Positions 30,167 to 39,337 of a stretch of 64,000 nt of DNA are shown here, one piece after another. Source of the DNA: Candidatus Latescibacterota bacterium (GTDB lineage Bacteria > Latescibacterota > UBA2968 > GCA-2709665); contig CBDDDZ010000005.1 of assembly GCA_965226795.1 (NCBI GenBank), positions 1,152,001 to 1,216,000 of the forward strand, in the 5' to 3' direction. The notes beneath the pieces were generated by a model. The model made no database searches. It was not told the origin of the DNA and worked only from the letters and a program-made list of their open reading frames with translations. Each line of letters starts with the position of its first letter. Position 1 is the stretch's first letter. The translations under genes and the position numbers were made by a program.

Positions 30167-31123
30167 ATGACGGAATCGTCAGCACTTGGACGTATCGAAC
30201 GGGCTGATCTTCGTGAGGCCTGGCCGCACGAGAGCGCGGATTTTACACCTTGGCTCGCGGACCATATTTCCGAACTTGGCGACGCTTTGGGGTTGGAATT
30301 AGAACTACAATCTCAGGAAACACCCGTCGGTGCTTTTTCATTGGATCTGTTGGCTCGTGTGTCGCAAACAAACCGCACGGTGATAATCGAAAACCAGCTG
30401 CAGCAGACCAATCATGACCACTTAGGAAAACTGCTCACTTACGCGGGCGGCTGCGATGCCCACGTGATAGTCTGGGTAGCAAAAGAATTCAGGGATGAAC
30501 ACCGGCAAGCGATCGACTGGTTGAACCAACGCACTGGCGAAGAGACTGAGTTCTATGCCGTCGTTGTTGAAGTATGGACGATTGACGGTTCTCGGCCCGC
30601 TCCCTACTTCAACCTGGTTGCCACTCCAAACGAGTGGCAACGCGAAGCCACTGAAACTATACGTCTGGGCAATACATCCGATAGGAACGTGCGGTATCAG
30701 TCGTTCTTCCAGAACCTTATAGACACACTCAGAGAACAAGGATTTACGAACGTCTTCAAGGCACAGCCTCAAGGTTGGTACAGCTTTTCAGCGGGATACG
30801 GCCATCGCGCTCAATATGGTGCCTGCTTCGGTCAAGGAGGAACGGTAAGGGTTGAGGTCTATATAGACTCGAACGATAAGGATTGGAACAAGACTCTGTT
30901 TGATCAGCTCATTGAAAGAAAAGTACTCATCGAATCCGAACTCGGAGGGTCTCTCGTTTGGGAGCGCCTGGACCATAGAAAAGCCAGCCGCGTCAGTTTA
31001 ACACGACAAGGTAGCATTGACGACGATGAGAAGGCGCTGGCAGAAATTAAAAACTGGATGCTTTCCAAACTCTTGGAATTTAAACGAGTATTTGGGCCGT
31101 ATCTGGATGAATTGGCAGGATAA
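30167..31123 (+). CDS. DUF4268 domain protein with an N-terminal PD-(D/E)xK-like nuclease domain
   Basis: WPHESADFTPWL, DLLA...IIENQL...HDHLGKLLTYA, LVWERL...KASRV. Confidence 0.85.
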   Translation: MTESSALGRIERADLREAWPHESADFTPWLADHISELGDALGLELELQSQETPVGAFSLDLLARVSQTNRTVIIENQLQQTNHDHLGKLLTYAGGCDAHVIVWVAKEFRDEHRQAIDWLNQRTGEETEFYAVVVEVWTIDGSRPAPYFNLVATPNEWQREATETIRLGNTSDRNVRYQSFFQNLIDTLREQGFTNVFKAQPQGWYSFSAGYGHRAQYGACFGQGGTVRVEVYIDSNDKDWNKTLFDQLIERKVLIESELGGSLVWERLDHRKASRVSLTRQGSIDDDEKALAEIKNWMLSKLLEFKRVFGPYLDELAG

Positions 31124-31186
31124 TAACCATGGCTAGTAAGCTGGCTGGCTGGCAGAGTAGCTTGGAGGACCGGAACAACGAAGGAG

Positions 31187-32542
31187 GTGTTCTTGACGCG
31201 GCAGGTTGAACAGCACACCATGCCATTCGCTACCGACACCCCGCTGCCGCGCGCGCGCCGCGTGGAAGTGATCCCGATCGACCAGGAAGGCGAGCGGGCG
31301 TTCTACATGCGCGATCCGCTGGCGTTCGCGCCGCAGCCGCTGTTGCTCGGACCGGCCGGGATGCTCGTTCTGTCGCATCTGGATGGCCGGCACACCATCG
31401 ATCAGATTCACGAAGCCTTGCGAAAGTGGCTTCCAGGCGGTGACGTGGGAGTCGGAGAGATCCGCCATGTGTTGAGCAGATTGAGCGAGGGTTGCTACCT
31501 CGATGACCACGTGGCTGCGGCGCGGATCGCCCGGGTATGCGAGGAATTCGAAAATGCGGACGTGCGACCGGCATGGCACGCCGGCAACGCCTACCCTCAG
31601 GATCCTGGGGAGCTTGCGGCGATGCTCGACAGCTTTTTCGCCGCCGCTTCGTCCGTGAAGGCACAGGATGGAGGCGCACAGGAAAACCCGACAGCGCAGC
31701 TTGCCGCTATCATGTGTCCGCACATCGATCTGCGCGCAGGCGGGGAGACCTACCCGCCCGCCTTCACGGCGCTGTCCTCGGCCGCCGGTGGATCAACGCC
31801 GTTCGAGCTCTATGTCATTCTCGGCGTGGCGCACAACGGCGGCACGGAACCGGGAAAGAGCTTCGCCATCGCTACCCGGAAACATTACGAAACCCCTTTC
31901 GGGCGGGTGCCTACGAACGCCCGGGTAATCCAGGATTGGTCACGCTGCGCGGGGCGAGATATCACCCAGCAGCAGTGGCAGCATCGCACCGAGCACTCCG
32001 TTGAGTTCGCTCTGCTGTTTCTTCAGTACATCCATGCGCGGGCGGGACTGCCGCCGTTCGAGGTGGTACCTGTCCTTCTTGGTAGCGTCGATCACTACCT
32101 GCGCGAAGGACGGGATCCCTTGCAGGCCCCCGAGATCGCCACCGAACTTGCGGCGTTGCGGGCGGCGGTATCTGCCAGCGGCAAGCGTGCCCTCTACGTG
32201 CTCAGCGTGGACCTGGCACATATCGGACCCAAATTCGGCCATCCTGAGCGGGTCGATGATGCCGCGGCGGCAGCGTGTGAGTTGACCGACCGCGACCTGC
32301 TGGGTTACGCGCAACGATTCGATGCGGCGGGTTTCTGCCGTGCGTTGCAGGCAGACGGCAACGGTCGGAACGTGGACGCCGTCTCCGGGCTGTTTTCGCT
32401 ACACACGCTTCTGCCCGGCGCCGAATGCCACGGCGACCTGCTCAGCTACGGGCGAAATCGCCAGGAGGATTCCGGTTCGCTGGTCAGCTACGCCAGCATG
32501 GCCTTCTATCAGACGCCGTCAACACCCTCGCGGCGCGCGTGA
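31187..32542 (+). CDS. MEMO1/AmmeMemoRadiSam protein B family with an N-terminal extension
   Basis: RPAWHAGNAYP, PHID, ILGVAH, EHSVE, SVDLAHIG, VSYASMAF. Confidence 0.88.
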   Translation: MFLTRQVEQHTMPFATDTPLPRARRVEVIPIDQEGERAFYMRDPLAFAPQPLLLGPAGMLVLSHLDGRHTIDQIHEALRKWLPGGDVGVGEIRHVLSRLSEGCYLDDHVAAARIARVCEEFENADVRPAWHAGNAYPQDPGELAAMLDSFFAAASSVKAQDGGAQENPTAQLAAIMCPHIDLRAGGETYPPAFTALSSAAGGSTPFELYVILGVAHNGGTEPGKSFAIATRKHYETPFGRVPTNARVIQDWSRCAGRDITQQQWQHRTEHSVEFALLFLQYIHARAGLPPFEVVPVLLGSVDHYLREGRDPLQAPEIATELAALRAAVSASGKRALYVLSVDLAHIGPKFGHPERVDDAAAAACELTDRDLLGYAQRFDAAGFCRALQADGNGRNVDAVSGLFSLHTLLPGAECHGDLLSYGRNRQEDSGSLVSYASMAFYQTPSTPSRRA

Positions 32543-32664
32543 ACCGGCGGACTCTCCAGCGTACCGATTTCTTTCCGTCCCTCTTTTCTTGTCTCTCGCA
32601 CCCTTCCCCACGGCGTGTTATATTGTCCGTGCTCCGTGAATTGGCAATCTTCCAGGAGGCCGAT

Positions 32665-33510
32665 ATGTCCCAGAGGTGGTTGCGCGTCGCCGCGGTTCAA
32701 ATGAACGCCGAAGAGGACATCGAAGGAAATGCGCGCAGGGTTGTCGACCGGCTGAATGCCTGTGCCCGTGAGGACGTGGATGTGGCAGCGTTTCACGAAG
32801 GGGTCCTGTACGGCTACTCGGACCGCCCCGAATTCTGGTCGAGCCTGGACCAGACCCGCATTGAAAGAGCCGAAACGCAGATCATCCGGGTCTGCCGGGA
32901 AAAAAGCATCGCGGCCGTGGTCGGCTCGACCCATCTGGACGACGGACGGCGCTACAATAGTCTGCTCATTGTGGACCGAGACGGCACCGTGCGGGGACGC
33001 TATGGCAAGATCCATCTTGCGGGAGAACGTTGGTGTGAACCTGCCCAACACCTGCCCATCTACAGGCTCTGCGACGTACCCTCCTGTTTCCTGATCTGTC
33101 ACGATATTCGTTACCCCGAACTGGTGCGGCTGCCTGCGGCGGCCGGCGCGATGATTTGCTTTTTCTCCAGTTGTGAGAGTTCGGTCACGTCGGAGCACAA
33201 ATTGTCGGCCTATCGGGCCATGCCCATCAGCCGCGCGACCGAGAATGGCATTTACCTGGTGATGGCCAATGCGCCCGCCGATCCGTCCAATATCGACCGC
33301 GCAGGGTCATCGCATGGCGAATCAAAGATCATTCATCCGGACGGCAATGTGATGGCGGAAGCCGGTATGTTTTCGGACGAGATTATCATTCGCAGGCTGG
33401 ACCTTCGTCAGGCATCGCGAAATATCGCAATGCGGGCCGTCAATGACGTCACCTGCATCAGCGATTGGATGAAGGACGGTACGAGGCTTGTAGACGGAGG
33501 AATCGCGTGA
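32665..33510 (+). CDS. Carbon-nitrogen hydrolase (nitrilase superfamily)
   Basis: VAAVQM, FHEG (Glu), YGKIHL (Lys), ICHDIRYPE (Cys), RATENG. Confidence 0.92.
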   Translation: MSQRWLRVAAVQMNAEEDIEGNARRVVDRLNACAREDVDVAAFHEGVLYGYSDRPEFWSSLDQTRIERAETQIIRVCREKSIAAVVGSTHLDDGRRYNSLLIVDRDGTVRGRYGKIHLAGERWCEPAQHLPIYRLCDVPSCFLICHDIRYPELVRLPAAAGAMICFFSSCESSVTSEHKLSAYRAMPISRATENGIYLVMANAPADPSNIDRAGSSHGESKIIHPDGNVMAEAGMFSDEIIIRRLDLRQASRNIAMRAVNDVTCISDWMKDGTRLVDGGIA

Positions 33511-33541
33511 CTTGTATCTTCAGTCCGCAGACGGAGAGTGC

Positions 33542-34999
33542 ATGAGAGGATCCCGGCCGAACATCCTGTGGATTTGCACGGACCAGCAGCGCTACGATAC
33601 CATTGGCGCGCTGGGGAACCCCCACGTCAACACGCCCAATATCGATCGCCTCGTGGCCGAGGGATTCGCATTTACGCACGCGTACTGTCAGAGTCCGATC
33701 TGCACACCCAGCCGGGCGAGTTTTTTGACCGGACAATACGCGAGCGCCGTCCATGTGAATGGAAACGGCAATTCGCACTTCCCTGACACGCCTCCCCTGG
33801 TCACGAAGATGCTGGCTGACGGTGGCTACGATTGCGGATTGATTGGAAAGTTGCACCTGTCCAGCGCATTCGGGCGTGTCGAGGCGCGGGTTGATGACGG
33901 GTACCGGTACTGGCAATACAGCCACGCGCCCCGGGACGATTGGGAGACCGGGCACGACTACGCCGACTGGGTACGATCGAAGGGGGAGGTACTTGGCGAA
34001 TTAATCAACAGTCCCGATGGCGTGCCCGCGGAATTGCATCAGACCACATGGTGCTCGGAGAAAACCATCGAATTCCTGAGCGAAGCCCATGACGGCCCCT
34101 GGCTGGCCTCCGTGAATATCTACGACCCGCATCCTCCATTCAACCCGCCCAGGACGTACCGCGATCTGTTCGATCCGGAACAGGTGAACGGGCCGCTGTT
34201 CAGAGAAAGCGATCTGGCGCAGCAGGAGAAGCTGGAAGCCATCGACTTTCAATCCAAAGGGCGCCGTCCCGATGCCCTGGACATCAAGAGCCCCGTGATA
34301 CCCTGGACGCAGACCCACGGGTTGCGGGAGCCGGAGACAGCGGGAAAACAGGACGCCAAAACGCTGATCGCCGCGTATTATGCCATGATCAAATTGATCG
34401 ACGATCAACTCGGGCGGATCATTTCAGCGCTGGAAGACACCGGACAGCGCGACAATACACTCGTGATATTCACCAGCGATCATGGCGAAACATTGGGAGA
34501 CCATGGGCTGATTCAGAAGGGATGCCGTTTTTACGAAGGCCTGGTGCGGGTGCCGCTTATTTTTTCGTGGCCGGGTCGGGTAAATTTGGGGCAGAGGAGC
34601 GACGCGCTCGTCGAATTGCGCGACATCGCCCCGCTCCTTCTGGAATTGGCCGGGTTACCGGTTCCGGAGCGCATGCAGGCGTGTTCTTTGTTGCCCATGC
34701 TCGGCGGCGAGAAACCAGCGGACGAACATCGCGAATTCGTGCGCTGTGAATTTTACGACGCGCTGGACCAGGCCGACGGGACGTTTGCCACGATGTATCG
34801 CGACCGCCGGTACAAGCTTGTGGTCTATCACGGTCACGGCCTGGGCGAGCTTTACGACCTGGGCGAAGATCCGGGGGAGTTTGAGAATCTCTGGGACAGC
34901 GCCGATCACGCGGACTTGAAACTCGACCTGATGCAGCGCAGTTTCGATGCGTCCATGCTCGCCATGGACAGAGGACCGGAACGCATCGGACCGATGTGA
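33542..34999 (+). CDS. Sulfatase (formylglycine-dependent)
   Basis: RPNILWICTDQQR, CTPSRASFLTG, GKLH, PHPPF, FTSDHGE, ELYDLGEDPGE. Confidence 0.95.
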   Translation: MRGSRPNILWICTDQQRYDTIGALGNPHVNTPNIDRLVAEGFAFTHAYCQSPICTPSRASFLTGQYASAVHVNGNGNSHFPDTPPLVTKMLADGGYDCGLIGKLHLSSAFGRVEARVDDGYRYWQYSHAPRDDWETGHDYADWVRSKGEVLGELINSPDGVPAELHQTTWCSEKTIEFLSEAHDGPWLASVNIYDPHPPFNPPRTYRDLFDPEQVNGPLFRESDLAQQEKLEAIDFQSKGRRPDALDIKSPVIPWTQTHGLREPETAGKQDAKTLIAAYYAMIKLIDDQLGRIISALEDTGQRDNTLVIFTSDHGETLGDHGLIQKGCRFYEGLVRVPLIFSWPGRVNLGQRSDALVELRDIAPLLLELAGLPVPERMQACSLLPMLGGEKPADEHREFVRCEFYDALDQADGTFATMYRDRRYKLVVYHGHGLGELYDLGEDPGEFENLWDSADHADLKLDLMQRSFDASMLAMDRGPERIGPM

Positions 35000-35540
35000 G
35001 GGAGGGGAAGTTGGCGCTTGCTTAATGGACGTTCCGACGCAACCTCTTTTCGGCATTCAGTTGATCCTGTTATTATTTCGCCGGTTTTGTTACACTATAA
35101 ACGAGATGTCACAATCCTCGTGTTATTGCATCGTATCCAAATCTGCTCCTGCGCCAAAACCCGGCGGTGCAGGATTCGGCCTGACAATTGGATTACTACG
35201 TTCTTAGACACAGCTTATCGCTCAAGAATATGGTGACCTCTTAACCACACTACCGGAGACATTGTAAGTGTCTGCAACATCACTCGCGTTAAAGTTGCCA
35301 GCCAGGATTTGCGAAACCCGCGAACATCAAGCCGAGTTGCCTTTTACCGTTCGGTATTTGGACGTTAAGCCGTCCCGAAACGCATTGTCCGAGTATATTA
35401 TAGACATAAATTGTTAAATACAATGGATTAATGTCTGATATTGTGATTATCATAACACTAATTGCCGTCATCGAAATAACGAGGACTAGCGTCTGCTAAT
35501 CAGCAGAATCCGGCTGAATCAAAGCGGAGGAGCCCAGGTC

Positions 35541-36722
35541 GTGCAGAGAAACGGAACCAATGACGCGCCGGAGTTCTCAGAGGATGCGGCTGAGTTAAAG
35601 AAGCGAGTTATCCGATCTCTAAGAGCTCAGGGATTTCGCGTCAGGAACGGGTCGATACTACCTCCGCAGGGTCTTACGAAAGAGGGGATCCGTAAGCTTC
35701 ATGAAACGTCAATTAAGCACAAGATTGCACAAGCAAAAGGTGGTCTCATTCGCAGAGAACCAGATCTTCTAAACTATATTGCATCAGGAAATGAGATTTC
35801 TCCAACGAGAATCCGGCCGCGATTGGTAGAGGTGAAGTCGGGGTCGAAAGAGGAGCTTCTCTTTAGATATGCGAGCGTCCATTGGAGCATTCCTGTATCA
35901 TCAGGATACGGACGACGTTTAAGGTTTGTGGTTATCGATGAAGACAACGGCAAGCTTATGGGTTTGATCGGGCTGGGTGACCCCGTCTACAACTTGAGGC
36001 CGCGAGATGAATGGATTGGATGGACTGCGGCTGACCGGAGGGGGCGTCTAACTCACGTCATGGACGCATTCGTCCTTGGTGCCGTACCTCCCTACTCGTT
36101 TCTACTGTGCGGGAAACTTGTCGCAATGTTAGCAGTTGCGAGCACGGTTATTGATGCATTTAAGGAAAAATACGGTGGCGGGCGTTCGGTTATCCGGGAC
36201 AGACTGCATGATGGACGTCTCGCTATGCTCACTACAACATCAGCCCTCGGACGTTCATCCGTCTACAATCGGCTCCGATTCGACGATAGACTTCTCTATC
36301 GGAGCGTAGGCTTCACCAAGGGGTCGGGCGAGTTTCATTTCTCAAATGGTATCTATAGCGAAATAGCCAAGTTTGCTTCGGAACATTGTAAACCCACTGC
36401 AAAACAAAAACAGTGGGGAACTGGATTTCGCAATCGGCGGGAGATCATTAAGAAGTGCCTTCCCGCCCTCGGGCTGTCGAGCGAATGGCTTTACCATGGC
36501 ATTGAGCGGGAAGTTTTCGTCGTTCCACTAGCTAGCAATACTCGGGATTTTCTTCAGGGGAAACAGGATGATTTATTGTGTTATACTCAATCTGAAGACG
36601 AGATATTCGAATACTTCCGAGATCGATGGATGCTTCCACGCAATGCGTGGGATCGACGATTCATGTCGTGGTCCAAATGGGAATGGGCGATTTGGCTGAA
36701 TAGAAAAAATGTGCGTGACTGA
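35541..36722 (+). CDS. druA: Druantia DruA-like protein (DUF4338)
   Basis: WSIPVSSGYGRRLRF, GKLMGLIGLGDPVYNL..RDEWIGW, MDAFVLGAVPPY..LLCGKLVA, TTTSALGRSSVYNRL, GFTKGSGEFHF match DruA motifs as recalled. Confidence 0.85.
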   Translation: MQRNGTNDAPEFSEDAAELKKRVIRSLRAQGFRVRNGSILPPQGLTKEGIRKLHETSIKHKIAQAKGGLIRREPDLLNYIASGNEISPTRIRPRLVEVKSGSKEELLFRYASVHWSIPVSSGYGRRLRFVVIDEDNGKLMGLIGLGDPVYNLRPRDEWIGWTAADRRGRLTHVMDAFVLGAVPPYSFLLCGKLVAMLAVASTVIDAFKEKYGGGRSVIRDRLHDGRLAMLTTTSALGRSSVYNRLRFDDRLLYRSVGFTKGSGEFHFSNGIYSEIAKFASEHCKPTAKQKQWGTGFRNRREIIKKCLPALGLSSEWLYHGIEREVFVVPLASNTRDFLQGKQDDLLCYTQSEDEIFEYFRDRWMLPRNAWDRRFMSWSKWEWAIWLNRKNVRD

Positions 36723-36760
36723 CGCGCTGCCGACGATAAACGAAATATCGGAGCTTCCCC

Positions 36761-39289
36761 ATGGCAGATCGTATTCAACTTAGTGATGCGCAGCGCAGAT
36801 ATCTACTTGATCCACGATATCTACCCAATTCGATCTGTATAAACGATAAGACCTACACACCTGAGGAACCCATACATTCTGGGTACAAGGGGGTGATATG
36901 GCGTGTTAAAGACGAGTTCGGTCGTCTACGGGCGCTAAAGCTCTGCATTTACGCCGACTATCTAGATCGTTCCTATCTGCAAGAAATGACGAGAGCGTCC
37001 GCTCTCGAACCGTATCGCGAATTTGCGTCTTTTGTGGATGCTGGGCTTGTCGAGAAAAGTATTGGCCCCCTGGAGAAACAAAAGTATGTATGCTTCGTTG
37101 AAGAATGGATTGACGGGTTGACGCTCGAGAGCTTTGTTCGAAAGCAAGCCAGCGTCGTCACAGCATCCTTTATGCTCGCTTATGTAAAGGCTTTGTGTCA
37201 CGCCTTGCACGCGCTCCATGTAATTGGTTTAAGGCATGATGATCTACACGCAGGAAATGTAATGCTTGAACGACCTGCACCGGGCGACCTTGCTGATGAA
37301 TGGAAAGTAAGAGTCGTTGATACAGGTAGCATTAAGCCATTAGACTCGAAGCTAACAAAACAAAGGACCGACCATCAAAATTACGTCGGACACATCGTCC
37401 TTCTTTGGAACACGGTCAAGGCGCGTAAAGATACGACCATCCGGGATCGTCGTTTTCTAAAAGAGACAGAGCATCTACTTCGAACCATGCTGGATGATGA
37501 TCCAAGCATCGCACTAGTAGAACCTGCTCAAATCATCAGACAATTCGAGCTAGCGTATACTCGCACCTGTCTGTCGCCGTTGGATCAAGAAAGCAGACCG
37601 GAGCCAGGGGACCCATTCGAGTTCATTTCGGCGGAACATATCGCCGATGATCGATTACTCGTTCGGATGTTTGCTCGTTCCTGTCCCTTTTTGGAGAAGG
37701 TCGATGGTCCGGACCCATGCTTGGTCACAGGTCCGCGCGGTTGCGGCAAATCAACCATATTTCGGTGGTTAAGCCTTAAGGCACATTTGCACCAATCTGT
37801 TGAGGAAATCGAACCATTTCGTATCGCGGGGTTTTACGTTTCTTGCAGTAGCGATCTCCAAAATAGACTCGCGTGTATACAGACCGAGGCGTTAGCCAGG
37901 AAGTTCCAACGAGAGATCGTCCACTACTTCAACCTTCTACTAGCTCGTGAGGTCGTGCACACTCTCTCCCTAATCTCTGCTCGTGAAGACCACCAAAGCT
38001 ATTGGGGATTTGGAACGGAGCAAGGGGAAATTGTCGGCAATTTCATTCTCTCCGCGTTGAGTGCCACCACCCGTCCGCGCGTCCAAGGTGTTCCCCACTT
38101 GGTGCAAGTGTTGGAGGCCATCGAAGCGGAAATGTTTGCGACTCATCGCAAGATGCAGGATGGCGTTAACATTTCGTCGTTTTCGGGCAATTCCTTTCTG
38201 GGTGATTTGACGACTTTGCTGGCCAGGGAGGTACCGTATTTCAGTCGGAAACGCATAGCGTTTCTGGTGGATGACTTTTCCTCGCATCGTTTACCCGAGT
38301 TTGTACAGCGAGTAATAAACCAAGTAATCTGGGAGAGAAGACCATCCCATGTATTCAAGCTTTCCTCTGAAAAATTTGGTGCAATTCTTCTTGGCGGTCT
38401 CGACGCAACCGCGGAAGTTGGCAGGGAAATGATAGAAATCGATTGCGGAAGGGAATATGTTGCGTTAGACGACTCCAACCAGGTCTCGCGCACAAGGGTT
38501 TTTGCAATTGAACTGCTGGATAACCGGCTCAAGGCGGCGTCCTATAAGGGTACCTCGCGGACGTTGATTGGCCACTCCAAATGGCCGGAGGGCAGCCTAG
38601 GGCGAGCCCTTGCCGAGAAAAGCGAAGGGAGGTCGAACGATCAATATCATGGGATCGAATGCATCGCGGATCTGTGTTCTGGTGACGCTTCGACGCTTCT
38701 GTTTGTTTATCGAAGGATCTTTGATCGGGGCGGTGTAACACGGGATACAACGGCTTGCATTCCTAAGGCGGCACAGCATGGAGCCATCGTTAGTGCATCA
38801 AGGGAACTATTTGAAGCAATCAAACACCACTATCCGTTTGGTCCCGATATGTATACGATCGTTAATTCCTTTGGAAACCTTGTGCGAAATGTCCTTCAAA
38901 AGGGGAGGTGGCTGAAGAAGGGTAATAAGACTACACCGTCACAGGTACCGAGGATCGAACTAGATCAAAGAGAGGGTACTGTATCGGACAGTCTAAACGA
39001 AAACCAACAGAAACTCGCTGATGAGTTAGTTCGGCGAGCCATTTTTATAGAAATGGAGCCAGGTCTCTCACGGCACCAAAACTTGACGACACTACGCTGG
39101 CACATGCGCAGGGTTTATTTGCCGACATTTGGAGCGGCTTTGGCAAAAAACGACGCGATTAAGGGTCGTATTGATTGGTTCAAATATTTCCTTACCAATC
39201 CGCAGGAGGCTTGTTCTTTGATCTGGAATAAAAGGCCAAAACGGGTCGAGGAGCCCGAAGGATTGCCCCTATTTAATCAGCGGAAATGA
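36761..39289 (+). CDS. Protein kinase fused to a P-loop NTPase (STAND/ORC-CDC6-like)
   Basis: Kinase: SGYKGVIW, ALK, FVEEWIDG, HDDLHAGNVML, VVDTG. NTPase: Walker A GPRGCGKST, Walker B AFLVDD. Confidence 0.85.
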   Translation: MADRIQLSDAQRRYLLDPRYLPNSICINDKTYTPEEPIHSGYKGVIWRVKDEFGRLRALKLCIYADYLDRSYLQEMTRASALEPYREFASFVDAGLVEKSIGPLEKQKYVCFVEEWIDGLTLESFVRKQASVVTASFMLAYVKALCHALHALHVIGLRHDDLHAGNVMLERPAPGDLADEWKVRVVDTGSIKPLDSKLTKQRTDHQNYVGHIVLLWNTVKARKDTTIRDRRFLKETEHLLRTMLDDDPSIALVEPAQIIRQFELAYTRTCLSPLDQESRPEPGDPFEFISAEHIADDRLLVRMFARSCPFLEKVDGPDPCLVTGPRGCGKSTIFRWLSLKAHLHQSVEEIEPFRIAGFYVSCSSDLQNRLACIQTEALARKFQREIVHYFNLLLAREVVHTLSLISAREDHQSYWGFGTEQGEIVGNFILSALSATTRPRVQGVPHLVQVLEAIEAEMFATHRKMQDGVNISSFSGNSFLGDLTTLLAREVPYFSRKRIAFLVDDFSSHRLPEFVQRVINQVIWERRPSHVFKLSSEKFGAILLGGLDATAEVGREMIEIDCGREYVALDDSNQVSRTRVFAIELLDNRLKAASYKGTSRTLIGHSKWPEGSLGRALAEKSEGRSNDQYHGIECIADLCSGDASTLLFVYRRIFDRGGVTRDTTACIPKAAQHGAIVSASRELFEAIKHHYPFGPDMYTIVNSFGNLVRNVLQKGRWLKKGNKTTPSQVPRIELDQREGTVSDSLNENQQKLADELVRRAIFIEMEPGLSRHQNLTTLRWHMRRVYLPTFGAALAKNDAIKGRIDWFKYFLTNPQEACSLIWNKRPKRVEEPEGLPLFNQRK

Positions 39290-39337
39290 CATCGTTCTCT
39301 ATTCTTCGTGATGAGCAGTGGCTAATATGGGACTGCA

